Part shown: positions 25,499 through 38,700 of the stretch, in pieces | Numbering within the stretch: position 1 is the first letter of the stretch | How the letters are laid out: the number at the start of each line of letters is the position of its first letter | Origin: Oikopleura dioica | Lineage: Eukaryota > Animalia > Chordata | Assembly: GCA_907165135.1 (NCBI GenBank) | Contig: OU015567.1 | Location: 2,976,001 to 3,040,000, forward strand | DNA length: 64,000 nt | Reading direction: 5' to 3' | Notes under the pieces: model-generated | The model's database searches: none | What the model was told of the DNA's origin: nothing | Seen by the model: only the letters and a program-made list of their open reading frames with translations | Made by a program: the position numbers and the translations under genes

Positions 25499-28400
25499 TT
25501 AGGACGATTCTTTTTCAATAATTTCCCTAACAATCGGCAAATGTCATTGACAAGTGTATTACAAGATGATTATTTTGGTTTCCAAACGTCAACTAGTGCT
25601 AACACTATATTGAAGTACCAGAATCGGGGAGCAATTTAATTGGCCAATTCTTTCCAAATTACCTTGATAATAGTTTGCTCGTGTTTCTCTCGATCAGAAC
25701 CTGTCTTTTGAGCGCTTCGACTTCGCTTCTTCCTAGCTCAAGATGAACTTCTTCAGCTGTTGGTCGAGCGGAAGGACTGTCAGCAAGCATTCGGGAAATG
25801 ACTGTAGCCAGTTCTTGGCTGAGGTGATGGCTGTGCACGGCGAAGAGCTGGGAAAATGTTGGAGATCGGATGTGATGCCATTCGGAGCCGTTTTTCGGCA
25901 GGATTTTCAGCGTGGCGGATTCAAACGCTGAAAGACCTGAAAAACAGATTAGTCGGCTGTTCTGGCTTTCTTGAGAAACGAAAAGTTGCTGAAAACTTTC
26001 TAGGGTAATGAACTTATGATTTACCGAGGCTGAAGATATCGCCCATGCGCAAATCTATGCATGAATCTGATTGGATAATCTCCTTCGCTGCATAACGGCA
26101 ATCACCTTCCTCATATCGCGTCTCATCGTAGGGTGTAACGTGGCCAAGGTCGCCAAGTTTGTACTCGATCTTGTTTTCACTGAATAAAATTTTTCACAAT
26201 ACTATGACGTGCTTTTTTTAAGGTTAACGAAGTTTTCCAGCCCACTTCCGCCTTATAGACCCCCTAACACCATACCTTTTTAGAATCAGCAGAAAATTCT
26301 AAGAACTTTGACCATTTAAAATTCTAGAAAACTCCACTTCCGGTCGATTCTAGAGCCGGAAGTTGACGAAATTTTTGTGTTAGGGCAAAGTGTGACCTAT
26401 CAAATTGATGCTCAGAAGATTTTGATTTATCCTATAATCAATATATCAGAAGAAAGAGTCCCTAATATGGTCAAACCGACCGGTAAAATTATGTAAAAAA
26501 AGCATAAAATGATCAATTTTTTTTTCAGTTTTTTCCGGTTGGTTTGATCCTCGTTGGTGTTGATTCTTTTCTTAAATGATAGGAAATCGTCTGAGCATCA
26601 ATTTGATAGGTCACACTTTGCCCTAACACAAAAATTTCGTCAACTTCCGGCTCTAGAATCGACCGGAAGTGGAGTTTTCTAGAATTTTAAATGGTCAAAG
26701 TTCTTAGAATTTTCTGCTGATTCTAAAAAGGTATGGTGTTAGGGGGTCTATAAGGCGGAAGTGGGCTGGAAAACTTCGTTAACCTTAAAAAAAGCACGTC
26801 TATGAAACGAAAATACTTTTTTGTGATAATATTGCAGAAAAAGCGAAATTTTTCTGCAGAGAACTTCAAGTATTTTCAAGTTTACCCGAGCCGACCAACG
26901 AATATTTATGGTGACACAGTCAAGTGCCAAAAAACCCCTTTTCATTATTTATTTTCACCGTTCTAACACCGTGGTTCTAGCTCCAAAGAGCCTGGATTAT
27001 GTAATGCTCCGGGTTATTTCTAATTGAGACCGTAAAAACGCAATTGCATCTTTAAAAAGCTGTCTCTCCGTCAAAAGCATCAAAATATCAACCTTGATTT
27101 TCAGGTTCGAATGGCGGTATCGACTAATGCCGTTATTTGTTTTTCTCATTCCGAAATTCATATTTTCGCTGGCCGCAGATATTTCTTCAGGGATGTCTTT
27201 CTAACTCGCCTCATCAATTTATTTCTACTTTGATAACGTGATGAGAAAAGCACAAGTCCAAGTCAAGCTTGGAAAAAACGATTACGCTTTTTTCTTCGCG
27301 TAAGTTTCACAAAAGCGCGTTGTAAATGACACTAACAACTAGTTTGAAGAAGGCTCGCCACAGTTTTTTCAACAAGCTAATGTTTTCTGTATCTTATCGC
27401 GGATACGTCATAGAAACCGAGGAACAACGAAAGGTGAAAATCTTTATTAAAAAAGCTCTTAGAAATGGCCTTCCAAAATGAAAAAAAAACAGAATTTTTC
27501 AACAAAAAATACTGATTTTTTTCTTAAAGAATCCCGAAAATTGCGGAATCCATGGTCTGTTCTCTTAATTTAACGGAAAATGGGAGGCACCAGAACAACT
27601 GGATGTCTTTCTGTTGACTATTGACTAAACATCAACACCGATGACCACCTATCTTATGTATATAATAAGACCCTTATTCTCAGAAAATAAAATTATGCGT
27701 TCGATCACCAGTGTTGATGTTTAATCGACAGTCGTCACAAAGACTTCCGGTTCATCCGGTGCCTCCCATTTTCCGATAATTTCAGGGAATAGACCACGGA
27801 TTCTGTAATTTTCGGAATCTCAACCTAAACAAGCATAGTTTCGTTTTGAGTAATTTAAGGACGTCTACCCGCAAAGGAAGGAATGAATTTCATGTACTGC
27901 GTCAATATCTTTGCTTGGCTTTTCAAAAAAGCTACGTTCAATTCAATTTTCGTTTTAGTTAGTCAGCTTCACCTTCGCGGAATCTAAACATCCCCCGTTT
28001 ATATTCACAATCGAGAATAATCCAATTAATCAAGCTTTCCCTGTTGGCTCATCAAGACGGAAAGAAAACATTTTGATGTGTATGTTTTCGGTCAAACAAT
28101 GAGATATTTGTTAACGTGTGAAAGCGAAATTACAACTGGCCACTTAGGGATTAGTGGTCGTTAGCTATGTTTTTTCTGCGTGGACAAATCGCTCGGAGAA
28201 ATTATTATCCGTATTTTGTTTCAACATTTGTGCCTCATATTAACGGGACTTCGAGAAATAGACTCGTTGATAAAGGAACTTGGGAGTTATTAAAAGTGAT
28301 GGGCGAGTTCAGTGACTATTGGATCCTGGACTTAATAATGACAGGGCTAACTATTAATGGACAACGCATAGTCCAACATTAAATAATAATCATATTTCTA

Positions 28401-30953
28401 ATTGGGCTTCTAGATGTTTCTCATTAATCGGATTGAGTTCCCTTGAAGAGAATACGTTTTTTTCTTTTTGATGTTCGATTCTAACCTGATGACTCTGAGA
28501 ATATTTGCCGGTTTGATATCCATATGGGCCAGTTTCTGCCGGTGAATGTACGCCAGTCCGCTGGTTGTATCCCTCAAAAGGTTGAAAACACTGTCTTGAT
28601 CAAGTGGCCGGGCCACGTGGCTGGAAAGTCTGCGATCAGCAATTTCGTCGCCGAGAGAACCTCCATTACAGAATTCGCTCTGGATCTAAACACGCATTTT
28701 AATAGGCGTACTATTTTCTCGCGGGAATTTAACGAAGAGCGCAAGGTACACCCTAACGCACTTGTTTCGACTGATTTTTAGAACAGCATTAATAAACTAT
28801 CTTTCTAGCAATTTTAGATTTCAAAAAATCTTGTCGAGAAAAAAAAGAATGTCTGAAATGTTTTTAGATCCAAACCAAAAATAGTCCTTAGAATCGGATT
28901 TTACGCAATTCATCCCTCGAATTTCCGCGGATCAAATTTGATCCCCTTCAACTAACGAACAACGGAAAAACATAATTTCGTAAATCACGCGTTCTTAGCT
29001 GCCCTGGAGTTCGGCCTTCAGAAAATTTTCTAACTGTTATTTTATTTTTTAGATTCTCCTTAATTGGTGCTTTAGACATTTCTAAGACATTCCTGGTTAT
29101 CATTTTTCGAAGAAATTCGATATTTTTTAAACCTGCAAGCGGTTTTTTGTGGCATTATATCCTCTCTTCTGGCGTTTCTCTTTCATCAAAATTTAACTGT
29201 CCTTAATCATTCTTCCCAAATAACCCTTACTCTTAGTGCTTGAGTATAAACATGATGTCAAGGTGAAAACGATGCTCAGACCGATGTGCAATTGTCTTCA
29301 TAACACGCGCAACATTAGCCATGCGCCAAGCTATTATTCAGAAAAAAATACCTTGCCCTTGTAAGTTTACGCGAGCAATTAAAATTGACTTACAAACATC
29401 CTGTCGCCTTCGCTCCACGCCGAATAATATCTAACAACGTTGTCGTGCTTGTCCAGCACCGCATGGGCGCATACCTCGCGAATCGCTTTCGATCTAAACA
29501 AATTTCAGCACGAATTTCGAAGAAGACGACATACTCGGTCCGGGAGCCGATTATTGGATTCTTCGTTTTCTTGATGGCATAGAAGCAGCCATCCAGACGG
29601 TTTTGGACTTTGAAGACTTCGCCGAAATCGCCAGAGCCGATTTTTGAAACTTCCAAGAAATCCGATTTATACCTGAATTAGAAAATTTCAATAGGGAAAC
29701 GGTGCTAGAATTTAAGTAAAATAAGCATCTCTAACATTTTTTTTTTCATTTTTCAAAAGCCGCAAGCGGCTTTTTGGTTTTTATGAAAGCCGCTTCGCGG
29801 CTTTCGAGTCAAAAGATATCTAGAGTATTTTTTTGTACCTGGATTGAACATCAATTCTAGACTGCCGAATCTGCCTGGCGCTGTGGCTCAAGGCTGGGCG
29901 GAAATTTCTGTTTGTTGGAGTGAAGGGATTCGAGATCGCTTCAGGAACTGGAGAGTGCATATTTCGAGGTCGGAGCCGGGGATTTTCTTTGCCTTGGGAA
30001 AGTCGGCGGACAAGGGACCTTGGAGTGTGCGGCGAGTCAAAAAGAGAAAGCCTCTTTGCAACTCTTTTGGGACTTTGCGGCGGTGAACTTTCTGAATCGG
30101 CCACGGTTTCATTTTCTGAAATTTCATCGGCGAAAAGCTTCGTTCTCGATTTTCTTCTTGCTTTGATTTCGGCAGATCTGAGAAGAGCGAAGGGAGAGCG
30201 CGGGAGAGATCGTTCCATTCCTTCCATTTCCATTCCTAAAAGAATAAAGTAAAGATATAAATAAAGATTATAGGATTTTAGATTTTCGAAAAGTTCAGAC
30301 CACACAATTGGTAAGTAAAGCGGCTTATGTTATCTCTTCGTTTAGTTAAAAAATAAAGAACGCCACTACGGAAAGCACGGTTCTTTTTCAATTTTCTCGC
30401 ACAGCGGGTGGTTATTTTGATTATTGATAACATCAGAAAAAATTGATAAATTATGCTCTGTTTATTGCGATCAAAAGATGAAACAAGATGTTTATCCTCG
30501 ATTTCACGCAACTTTTTTCCACGATGAGGAAATTTCGATCATTGTCGATTTTCCTATTTTATCATCATGAAAATAAGGGTGTCTCGTACTATACTGATAA
30601 AACTTGTTAAACAAACTATGTTAATAATTTAATGTTTATTTTATTCTTGTGATACCCTTAATTATTCGCTCAAAATCTCCATTTGCTTTAGTTCTTTTCT
30701 TGTGAATTTTGATAGAAAATTTAAGGGTATCACAGGAATATCATGTAAATTGCCGAAATGAAAGTTAATTCCGTCAATATAATTTATCTGATGACACCCT
30801 AAATTTCTAGATAAACTAAAATCAAAGATTTTTACCTGAATCATGGCTTGAAAAAATCTCTTCTTCTTCTGAACTTTGGATCATCTCAAAATCAGCCTCG
30901 AAGCTTCCCCGCTTTTCGAAGAAATTTTCCGGCTTCGGAAAGTTTTCGTTCAT
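25499..30953 (-). CDS. wee1: Wee1-like protein kinase
   Basis: KIGSGDFGEVFKVQNRLDGCFYAIKK, REVCAHAVL, IQSEFCNGGSL, HMDIKPANI, YKLGDLGHV, EEGDCRY, DIFSLG, LPKNGSEWHHIR and ARPTA. A probable first exon (30953-30837) ends ...HDS|G and is in phase with MEMEG. The 3' end is approximate. Confidence 0.93.
26206..26800. mobile_element. 595-bp fold-back element in a wee1 intron
   Basis: Inverted arms that look perfectly matched by eye over ~210 bp (26206-~26415 vs ~26592-26800), with a diverged core. Possible TAT 3-bp TSD; an inner TTAA|GG...CC|TTAA boundary at 26218/26788 is an alternative. Confidence 0.9.
27531..27818. mobile_element. Diverged fold-back/MITE in a wee1 intron
   Basis: Imperfect inverted arms, e.g. 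GGAAAATGGGAGGCACC / GGTGCCTCCCATTTTCC and AAACATCAACAC / GTGTTGATGTTT. Confidence 0.8.
29755..29804. repeat. Paired AAGCCGC-N(2-3)-GCGGCTT hairpins (wee1 intron)
   Basis: AAAAGCCGC-AA-GCGGCTTTT and AAAGCCGC-TTC-GCGGCTTT. Confidence 0.85.
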
Positions 30954-31039
30954 AGTGTTCTTCTTTCGAATCTCTGTTATGTTACTACGAGCTCTCTTTC
31001 TTGTGGTTTTTGTAGTAAGAAAGTCGGAAAGTCAAATTT

Positions 31040-31125
31040 GCGCTTTTTGAAATGGCGCGCTTTGGCGAATCAAATGCCGCGCTCGCGCCCAAAAGCGTGC
31101 TGATTCGCCGCGCGCGCCAAATTCG
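31040..31125 (-). promoter_or_regulatory. GC-rich wee1 upstream region with E2F-like and CHR-like motifs
   Basis: TTTGGCGC on the - strand (31114-31121), other CGCG-rich sites and TTTGAA (31046-31051), ~90-170 nt upstream of the inferred wee1 ATG. Motif match only. Confidence 0.4.
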
Positions 31126-32607
31126 AACCAAGCTGAAGAGCTCGATCGTCAAATCGAGTCCTTCAGTGGAAAAATCAAGGAAGAAATTTGCGTCAGAGGA
31201 ATCATGGGATTAATAAAATAACGCACAAGTTTCATGTGATGAGAATTTGTTGGGTAAATTTGGAATGATTTGATTTTTGCCAAGAAAGAAGCCACAAAAA
31301 TGAAGTTAGAAGATCAAGGTCGTCTTCCACGAAATTTGTTAAACTTTTCTAGCGTTCAAAACGGCTGGCCAACCTCAAGTCGCCGCCGATATTAACATAA
31401 TCCCAAAGATGCCGAAGCAGTGAGTACATCTCAGCTAGCATTTTTGGACTGCCGGTTTGACATGCCGCACTCAGAACCTTACGTTATTAATTCAGCTTTT
31501 CAGAAAAACTATACCAAAAAGCATTTTAGTTAAGAATTTTAGACATAATTGCTCAAAGAAGCTCAATTAAGAATTGTCCCAAATGAGTTATCCATTTAAT
31601 TGCTGGATTAGTTTTGACACGTTTTCGATTGTTCTGGACTTTAATTAGTGGTCTAAAAGCTAGCTTATTTCCATGTTTATATAAATTAAATCCAGTACAA
31701 TAAAAGCTTAATGATAAAGTACCCCTCTATTTTCGTCAAAATAAAAACTGCTGGGCCATCATTGATGCTTCTTCTACCTCATCTAAAATCAAATTAAGAG
31801 TTTTAAAGTATTTTGTATTTATATTTGGACACGTTAGTGTCAATCTAAGATAAGTTTTTATAATTGATTTGAAATGAAAAATAATTATCGAAACCAACAA
31901 AAGCTTATATGAAAAACGATTAAGAGATCGTCGATCGAGAGGGGTGTCTCTGATGACTTTTTTCCAAAATGAACAATAGAGATACCCTTAATTTTTGTCG
32001 GAAAAGAGAACAGAAGCCTTTGAGGGTCCCTAAGTTCCCTTGGTAAAATGGCCAATTTAAAGCACCAGTTTCTTTTATTTCAAATAAAGTAAAGTTTCGT
32101 CTCTATTTTTTGCATTATTAGTAAAAACAAAATCTGAAACAGTTAGTTCAATGTTAGCAAAAAATCACTAACAATTACATTCAAAATTGTTATTCAAAAA
32201 TATGCAAAAAAGTAAAGAAACTTTTATCCAGAATTTGCAGTAGAAAGTGAACTTGGAAAAAATTGTGGAAGGACTTGATTCGTGCTGATGGTTTTGAGGC
32301 GATTAGAGTACGTGAGTGGTTCTTGATCCAAACCAAAAATCCGCCACGAGTGAGAAGCATATTCTATTTTGCAATATCGCCTTTGGTTTTGGATAAATGG
32401 AATTTATAACGCCCAAGTCAAACTTATTCATGACCGTAATCTTGAGATAAAACTGTATTAGAACTTTCTTCTTTTGTCAACCACAAACAGAAGCTTACTC
32501 ATCGCAGTTATCTGACAGTAAGGTGAGCCGATTAAATAGATTTTTCAGAAAAAATTTGATCTTTCTGCTAAAAATTGTCTCTAGCGAATTAAAATCAACC
32601 ATTTTAA

Positions 32608-33373
32608 ATGTTTCCGAGTGGTGGCGCTGTTGTTAAGCGAGTTCGTCTCTTATTGGCTAGAAGATAAATCTTTCAATAAACAAGCCAATCAAATTCAAAT
32701 TCAGCCTCAAACAGCGCCACCCTCTGAAAAATGTTAGAAAAAATCGTTTATCCGTTCCAGATTAGATAAGACCTCGATCGTGATCCATGATTTTGAGCTT
32801 TTCTCTGATTTCGTTTTCTTGTCGCTTATTTCTTTTGCCGTTGATCTGATGTCACCATTTTTGAAGGCCATGCCTTCGAAGTGTTTATCCCTTTTCTGTT
32901 GTCGATGCCACCTGTCGAATGATCTGTAAGTTAATTTGATCGATAAAAATAATTAAAAAATAATGTGATAATTGCACTTTCAACTTGAAACCTGGCAAGA
33001 TTCAATTTTATTTGTACGAACAACAACAGTCTCTTGTTCAACGTGACCCTTTTTGAACCATCAATCTACTTGTAAATCAAATTAATCAGAAAACAACTAA
33101 GCTGCTGTCTGTCAGCATTAATCAACTCAGACCGTTTCCTGTCATGACTAGCCAAATTCGCAGCGGAAGAAAATTCTCTCTCGCACAACTTGCATTTGTA
33201 CTTTTTCGCAACCAAGCAGCTTTTCAACGGTTTCATTTTTATAACTCATTTTTTTCAGAAGATGGCGCTGTTTGATTATGAGCTGAAATTTGATTGGCTT
33301 GTAGAATGAAAGAGTTATCTTCCAGCCAATCAGAGATGAAGTTGCTGAGCAACAGCGCCATCACTCGGAAACA
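32608..33373. mobile_element. ~765-bp segment bounded by ~125-bp diverged inverted repeats containing CCAAT boxes
   Basis: 32608-32733 (TGTTTCCGAGTGGTGGCGCTGTTG...AGCCAATCAAATT...AAACAGCGCCA...CTGAAAAATG) is the reverse complement of ~33247-33373. No clear TSD. Confidence 0.7.
32734..33236 (-). CDS. Tiny spliced zinc-finger-like gene (YKCKLCEREFSSAANLASHDRKR) filling the inverted-repeat interior
   Basis: Exon 33236-33133 encodes C-x2-C-x12-H, with a GT donor after the CG of Arg. A downstream open exon (~32930-32734) ends at TAA next to the left repeat. The middle exon phase is ambiguous. Confidence 0.5.
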
Positions 33374-33730
33374 ATTGAAATATTTGATTATGATTTGCTA
33401 GGTGAAAATTTTTTATAAAAAAAAAGTTGCATCCTGATAATCCAGGTGCAAAGAAAAACGTTGCAGTGGTTTAAAAACTCGCAAAACTGAACTTAATTTA
33501 AACGAAACAAGCCGCAAGATAGTCTTGGATTGACCTTGCGCTTATTTTTAGAGTCTTTCTAAAAGTCGAAGCCCTCAGCGACTTGATGGATAAAAGTATA
33601 GTGCAGACAAGCATCTAGGATTTTATATAAGGACTTGGGATTTTGGTCAGAACAGTTCTGAAAGAATATTAAAGCTGGAAATTATCAGCTTGCGAAATTT
33701 AGAACTTTTTTTTTTTTGATAAAAAATGTC

Positions 33731-33804
33731 CGTTTCCTGCATTTATGATCAGCCAATTGAATCGGATCGTAGAAAAAGCCCTCACACAACTTGCATTGAA
33801 TCAT
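33731..33804 (-). CDS. Paralogous zinc-finger-like exon (IQCKLCEGFFYDPIQLADHKCRKR)
   Basis: Shares TGCAAGTTGTG.GAG...TTGGCT...CAT...CAGGAAACGG with 33133-33194. The gene ends are unresolved. Confidence 0.45.
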
Positions 33805-34212
33805 CGCTGATTGAATCTTTTTCAAGTTCCCAACCACTTGAACTCAAATTCGGAACTGCTTCTAATTCATCTTCTAAATCCGGAACCCTTTATTTTCATT
33901 TAACTTTCCAATCTCGCAATAAGAATAGATTGAGTGGCGGCACTTTTTCCTTTAGTCGCTTCGCAGCAGGCTGGGAGGAGCTTTCCAATGTTAAAATATC
34001 TTAATTGAAAAGGATAGACATGCTTCCTTGAGAAGTTAAGGGCGTACAGAGCGGATTTGGCGATTTAATTCAAGCATTGACGCTTTTTTGCTAGTAGCGT
34101 TATCTTAAACAACTCTGTTTTACTAAGTGTTCTTTAATTATCTCCATTTGACTGTGTTATTTTGGTAGAGTCTTACGTTGAAGAAAATAAATTAACGATG
34201 TCTATTCTTCTA

Positions 34213-34563
34213 GGGGATGGTGGTCAAGAATTATGAAATGATTATTTTCGGCTTAAACTTACAGCTGTTCAATGAAATAACATATTTTTTTTCTCGAACA
34301 ATCTATTTCTAGCATCAAAATCACGCTGCAGGCAAATCTGCCAAAAAAGGCCAAAAATGATCAAAAATCGGAAAATGTCGACTAAAAAATAGCTAAAATC
34401 GCGATTACGTCGTTTTTTCCTTGTTTTTTTTTCTAAAACTGAGCCTTCAACACAATTTGAACCTTTTTTAACTTGTTAAGGTTGAGAACGAAAAAATCTT
34501 TATTCGAAAAAATTGAGTTTTTTAGGTTGAAAAAATCCTAGTTCTTGACCACCACCCCCTTAA
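34213..34563. mobile_element. ~347-bp MITE with GG...CC termini
   Basis: TIR GGGGATGGTGGTCAAGAA (34213-34230) / TTCTTGACCACCACCCCC (34542-34559), 17/18 match. TTAA on the right, degenerate TCTA on the left. Confidence 0.75.
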
Positions 34564-35702
34564 AAAAGGCTTTTTTGCTTACCTATTTCTTGATTTTGAT
34601 TTCTTTTCGGAAAATAGTGAACCCCGTTTAGAGGACAGCTACTGATTCTTCTTTTTGGCATCGCGGGTTCTTTACTTCTTTTGATGTGATAGCGGTAGAA
34701 TTAAACTATCTTTATTCTATAATTGATATCGCGTTCTGATAAGCGCGCTGCTGAGAAATTCGAATGAGGGAGTTCGTGATAATCCAAAAGATAATCCTTC
34801 GCGACTCCCTCTTTTTCTTTTGATGCAGATGGGTCAGTTTCTTGTGACCCTTACAGTATTTATTCACTCGAGTGTGTTTAAATTTTTAAAAGTTTTTCTG
34901 GCTAGCCTTAATATATGTTGGTAAAACATAAACAAACTTATCACCTTAACCCTCTATTAAAAAAGCAATATTTTTTCAAGCAAAAAGAAATTTTATGGTT
35001 TCAAAAAAAAAAAACGTTCTTGGTCATCACGTTGGGTCAATTCGATGTTCTACGAATCGCCTCATCAAATTTGTTTGAATTACGATCAATCTGCGTTTTC
35101 CGCAAGGGCCTGTTATCTGAAATCGAACTGCGGGACATTGTTGAAACATCTTGTTACACTTTTTTATGCCTGAGTTTTTCTAAACGAAACATGCATTTAC
35201 CAAAAATACGTTTTTCTTGAGCTTCAATTTATCAAATCATAGTGTTAATCATTTTACCTCTCCCTCCATATTTTGAATGAAATTTTGAGTCAAAGATGGA
35301 GAAGCGTAAAAATGTAATAAGGAATATCAACGGTGCTAGGGTTATTAATTCCACGCGAATCAAAGAGGCCGCTCCTTATTTTTTTATTTGATCGCGTAGT
35401 TTTTTTTTATTTGATTTCGCCAGTTAACTTTTTGAAAACTTTATTTTTCAAATCACCTTATCCGCTTAATCGAATATGATATTTTGGTGCCCGCCCTTAG
35501 CTGAGTTCCGATAAGCTTATTTGATCTATTTTACTTTTTCAAAGATTCTTAAGGCTCTCTCTCGTTCTTATCGTTCTTTTAATTGCGTGGAAAGAAGATT
35601 ATTAAATTAAGAAACAAACCGATTTTTTTTAATTATTATAGACTTTTTATTCTAGCAGCAGGAAAATAAGGAGTTCATGTAAATGTGCAAGTAAATGAGT
35701 TT

Positions 35703-38700
35703 TCATTCTTTGTCGAATTTCGATCTTCCTCTGTTTCGTTTCAGATTCCATCGTCGATCATTTTCAATTTCGGATTGTTGTTGGTGTCTTTGAGCATTTA
35801 TTTTGCTTGAGCGTTGTTTTCGGGGAGAATTATTTACAAAAAAATACAATGCAATATTCAATTTTGTGTGTTTAAAGTGAAACTATTGCTTTTTGGCTAA
35901 TATTATTTGGGTTTGATAGAAGAGAGTTCTCTTCTGTTCGCTTATTTACAGGAGCTATTCCGTTATATACAGTATTTACAAAATTATGAAGCAAATCATC
36001 AACTAGAACATTGATGAATGGTAGATTATTGTTAAAAAAGTCTTCATTTCAATGAACTGAAGAACTTAAAGCGAGCTATATTTAGAGCGAATAATTTCCA
36101 ATGCTGGTTAATTTCAAGAGCGATCTTTGAAAACTATTGTTGGAAGAAAATTTTTTGCAGGAAAAAATTTTCGTTTTTAGAAAAATTTATCGACTCGTCC
36201 ATCTATGGTGACGTAAAATTCGCTAAATGAAAAGCTTGGGCAAGATTGCTCGATGTCCGCTACGAGTTCCGTGGCGTATTCAAGCAGTTCGTCGATGTCG
36301 TCTACATTTCCTCGGCCAAAGATTGCAGCTGAAAAATAGAAGATAAATGTTTCTCATTCGATCACACAAAGAAATAGGCAGCTGATAAGCGAATGAAAAG
36401 TTAACTGGCTTTTGGTTGGCTTATAGAAAGAATACTCGATTCTGATTGGCCGATTCATAAATCAACATATGTACTTACAAAGTGAGTTACAGTCGACTTT
36501 AATCTCCTCGCACTGTAAATTCGAGGAGAAGACATATTTCAATAATCCCTCGAATCGACTCTCAACCCTTCCCAAAAGCCTAATCCTATGCAAATCATTA
36601 AACTTTTTCAAAAACGCGATTTTCTGCAGCGCATGGCTAGTTAACTCCTCAGCGCGCTCGATGCCCGGAAGAGGGCATATAGAGATGGAGGATTGGGAGA
36701 GGGTCTCGCCGAAGAAGAGATTTTGAATTTCGCGCGTGAATTCTTCGTTGAGCTCGTAATCTTCTGATTCTTCCGGTTCTTCGATGAAAATGTCTTCACT
36801 TGTATCTAGAAAAAAGTAAAATTTGAAGCGAAATTGGTCAGAAATCAAGGAAAATGGATAAAATACCAAAAAGCATCGTGACATCTGCGCCAGTTTCAGA
36901 ATTTTCAACGGCCATTTCAACCCGCTGAAGCTCCTGCATTTCCCGATCGACCAGCATCTTCGCTTCTTCTAATCTTCTTTCAGCAGCCTGCAAAATGAGT
37001 TACAAAGAATGATCTTGAGAAAAAGAGGAAAAGGGGTGATAAATACTTCGCGTCGTTTTTCAAGTCGTGATCGGACTCGAGCTTCGAATCGCAGTTTTCT
37101 TCGGTCTTTTGACTTTTGTTCGCGCATTTGTTTCGCTAAAAATTCGGTCAGTTTTGTCCTAACGGGTTAAAATTTTAACCTGTTGCTTTTTGTTTTCGAA
37201 TAGCTTCGCGTTGTTGGGAAAGAATCGACCTGTACTTGTTTCGTTGCTCGTTTCCTATCCTCTTCGCTTCCCTCAGCGTCTCCTGAAATTTCAGTTGCAT
37301 CACCTACCGTGGAAAGATAGAGCAAACCTGGATAGATCTGTCAAACTCCTCCTCATGTTGCTGGTTCATGTCTCTGATTTCGTGGCGCTCAAGTAGGTCT
37401 CCAAGAAGAGGGCATTCGCTGCCGTCCGCCGGTTGGGATGCGTATTCGAGCTCGTGCACGTAAGCTGAGTATTTTTCAAGCCAAGCATCGTTACAACTAA
37501 AATTTTTTTGTATTATCGACGGATATGAAAACCAATAGTGTTGCCAGATTCTTATTTTTTATTCATTTGTCGCTCTGATAAGAAAATCCAATTAAGAAAA
37601 TTTAAACCATACTTATGGTTTCTAATAAAGTTCGGTGAACATTCATTATCGGATTTAAAGTACTGGGTAGATACCTCTCAGAAATAAAAACCAACACTCG
37701 GACCAATCTCTGGGCAACCTGGCAACCCTCTTCGTCTTTTGCCAAATCTAAAAGTTCACAAGGCACTCGCCCCGCTTTTTTCAAGTCGCACGCGGGTTGG
37801 CCTCGTTCCAGTTGCTGACCAAGATGTCCGATTTGAGCGGCTAAAACGGCAAACGCGCCTCGGGCAGTTTCCATGTCAAGAACGTTGTAGGATCGAGCGT
37901 GGAAGATCGCTGTCGCTTGGTAGCCATACGCGCTTGTGGCGCATTCTCCTAGAAAGAACATTGAAAATGCCCGAATTCGCATAATTCTAGCGCTCAAGAA
38001 GCGTGACCGGGCATTTGTGATTTATTTAATTTTGACAAATAGTCGATTCCGCAGCGAGTAACAAAATTTGTAACAAGAAATTTTCTTTCTCAAAGTTATT
38101 TTCTATGATCTAAGCTACTCTTTTTGTCTTTAAAACTCACCTCCTCCCACGAAGATCTTTCTATAGTCCGGCATTTGCTCTCGTCTCAAGTCAAACACGA
38201 ACTTTTGCGTCGTCACTTCTGTCGTTGTCGTCGTTGTCGTGGTTGTTGTTGTCGTGGTAGTTGAACTTGTAGTTTCAAGATGAGTAGTTGCCGCTTCGGT
38301 AGTGCCTGTTTGAACGGTCAATAATTAGAGTTTCCTGTTTTGTTTGAACGATGATTTCTAACCGGGGATTTCTTAGTTCGCGGTTGATGGTAATTATAGG
38401 AGCTCAAGCGGGAGAATTGTTTTTTGTTACATAACTTGGCGTTCACAAAAACCCACCGATATTAAAAGGTTGAACTACAAAAATCTTTACTAAGAAATTC
38501 GAGAATTTTAGACCGTTGCCTGAAGTAGTTCTATATTCAGTTGTTGGAGCTGTTGTCGAGCCCATGTTGTCCCGCTCATGTCCCATTCCCAAGACCAGCT
38601 GGAGCTTCTGCTCTTCTTCCTGAAATTTCCACTCTGGAAACGACGTTGCTTCGAATACAACAGTCGTTTCTTCTTCCGTCGATGTAGTTGTTGTTTGCGA

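Noticed and set aside
27100-27135. GGTTCGAA as a tRNA T-loop
   Set aside because: No A box, acceptor stem or cloverleaf.
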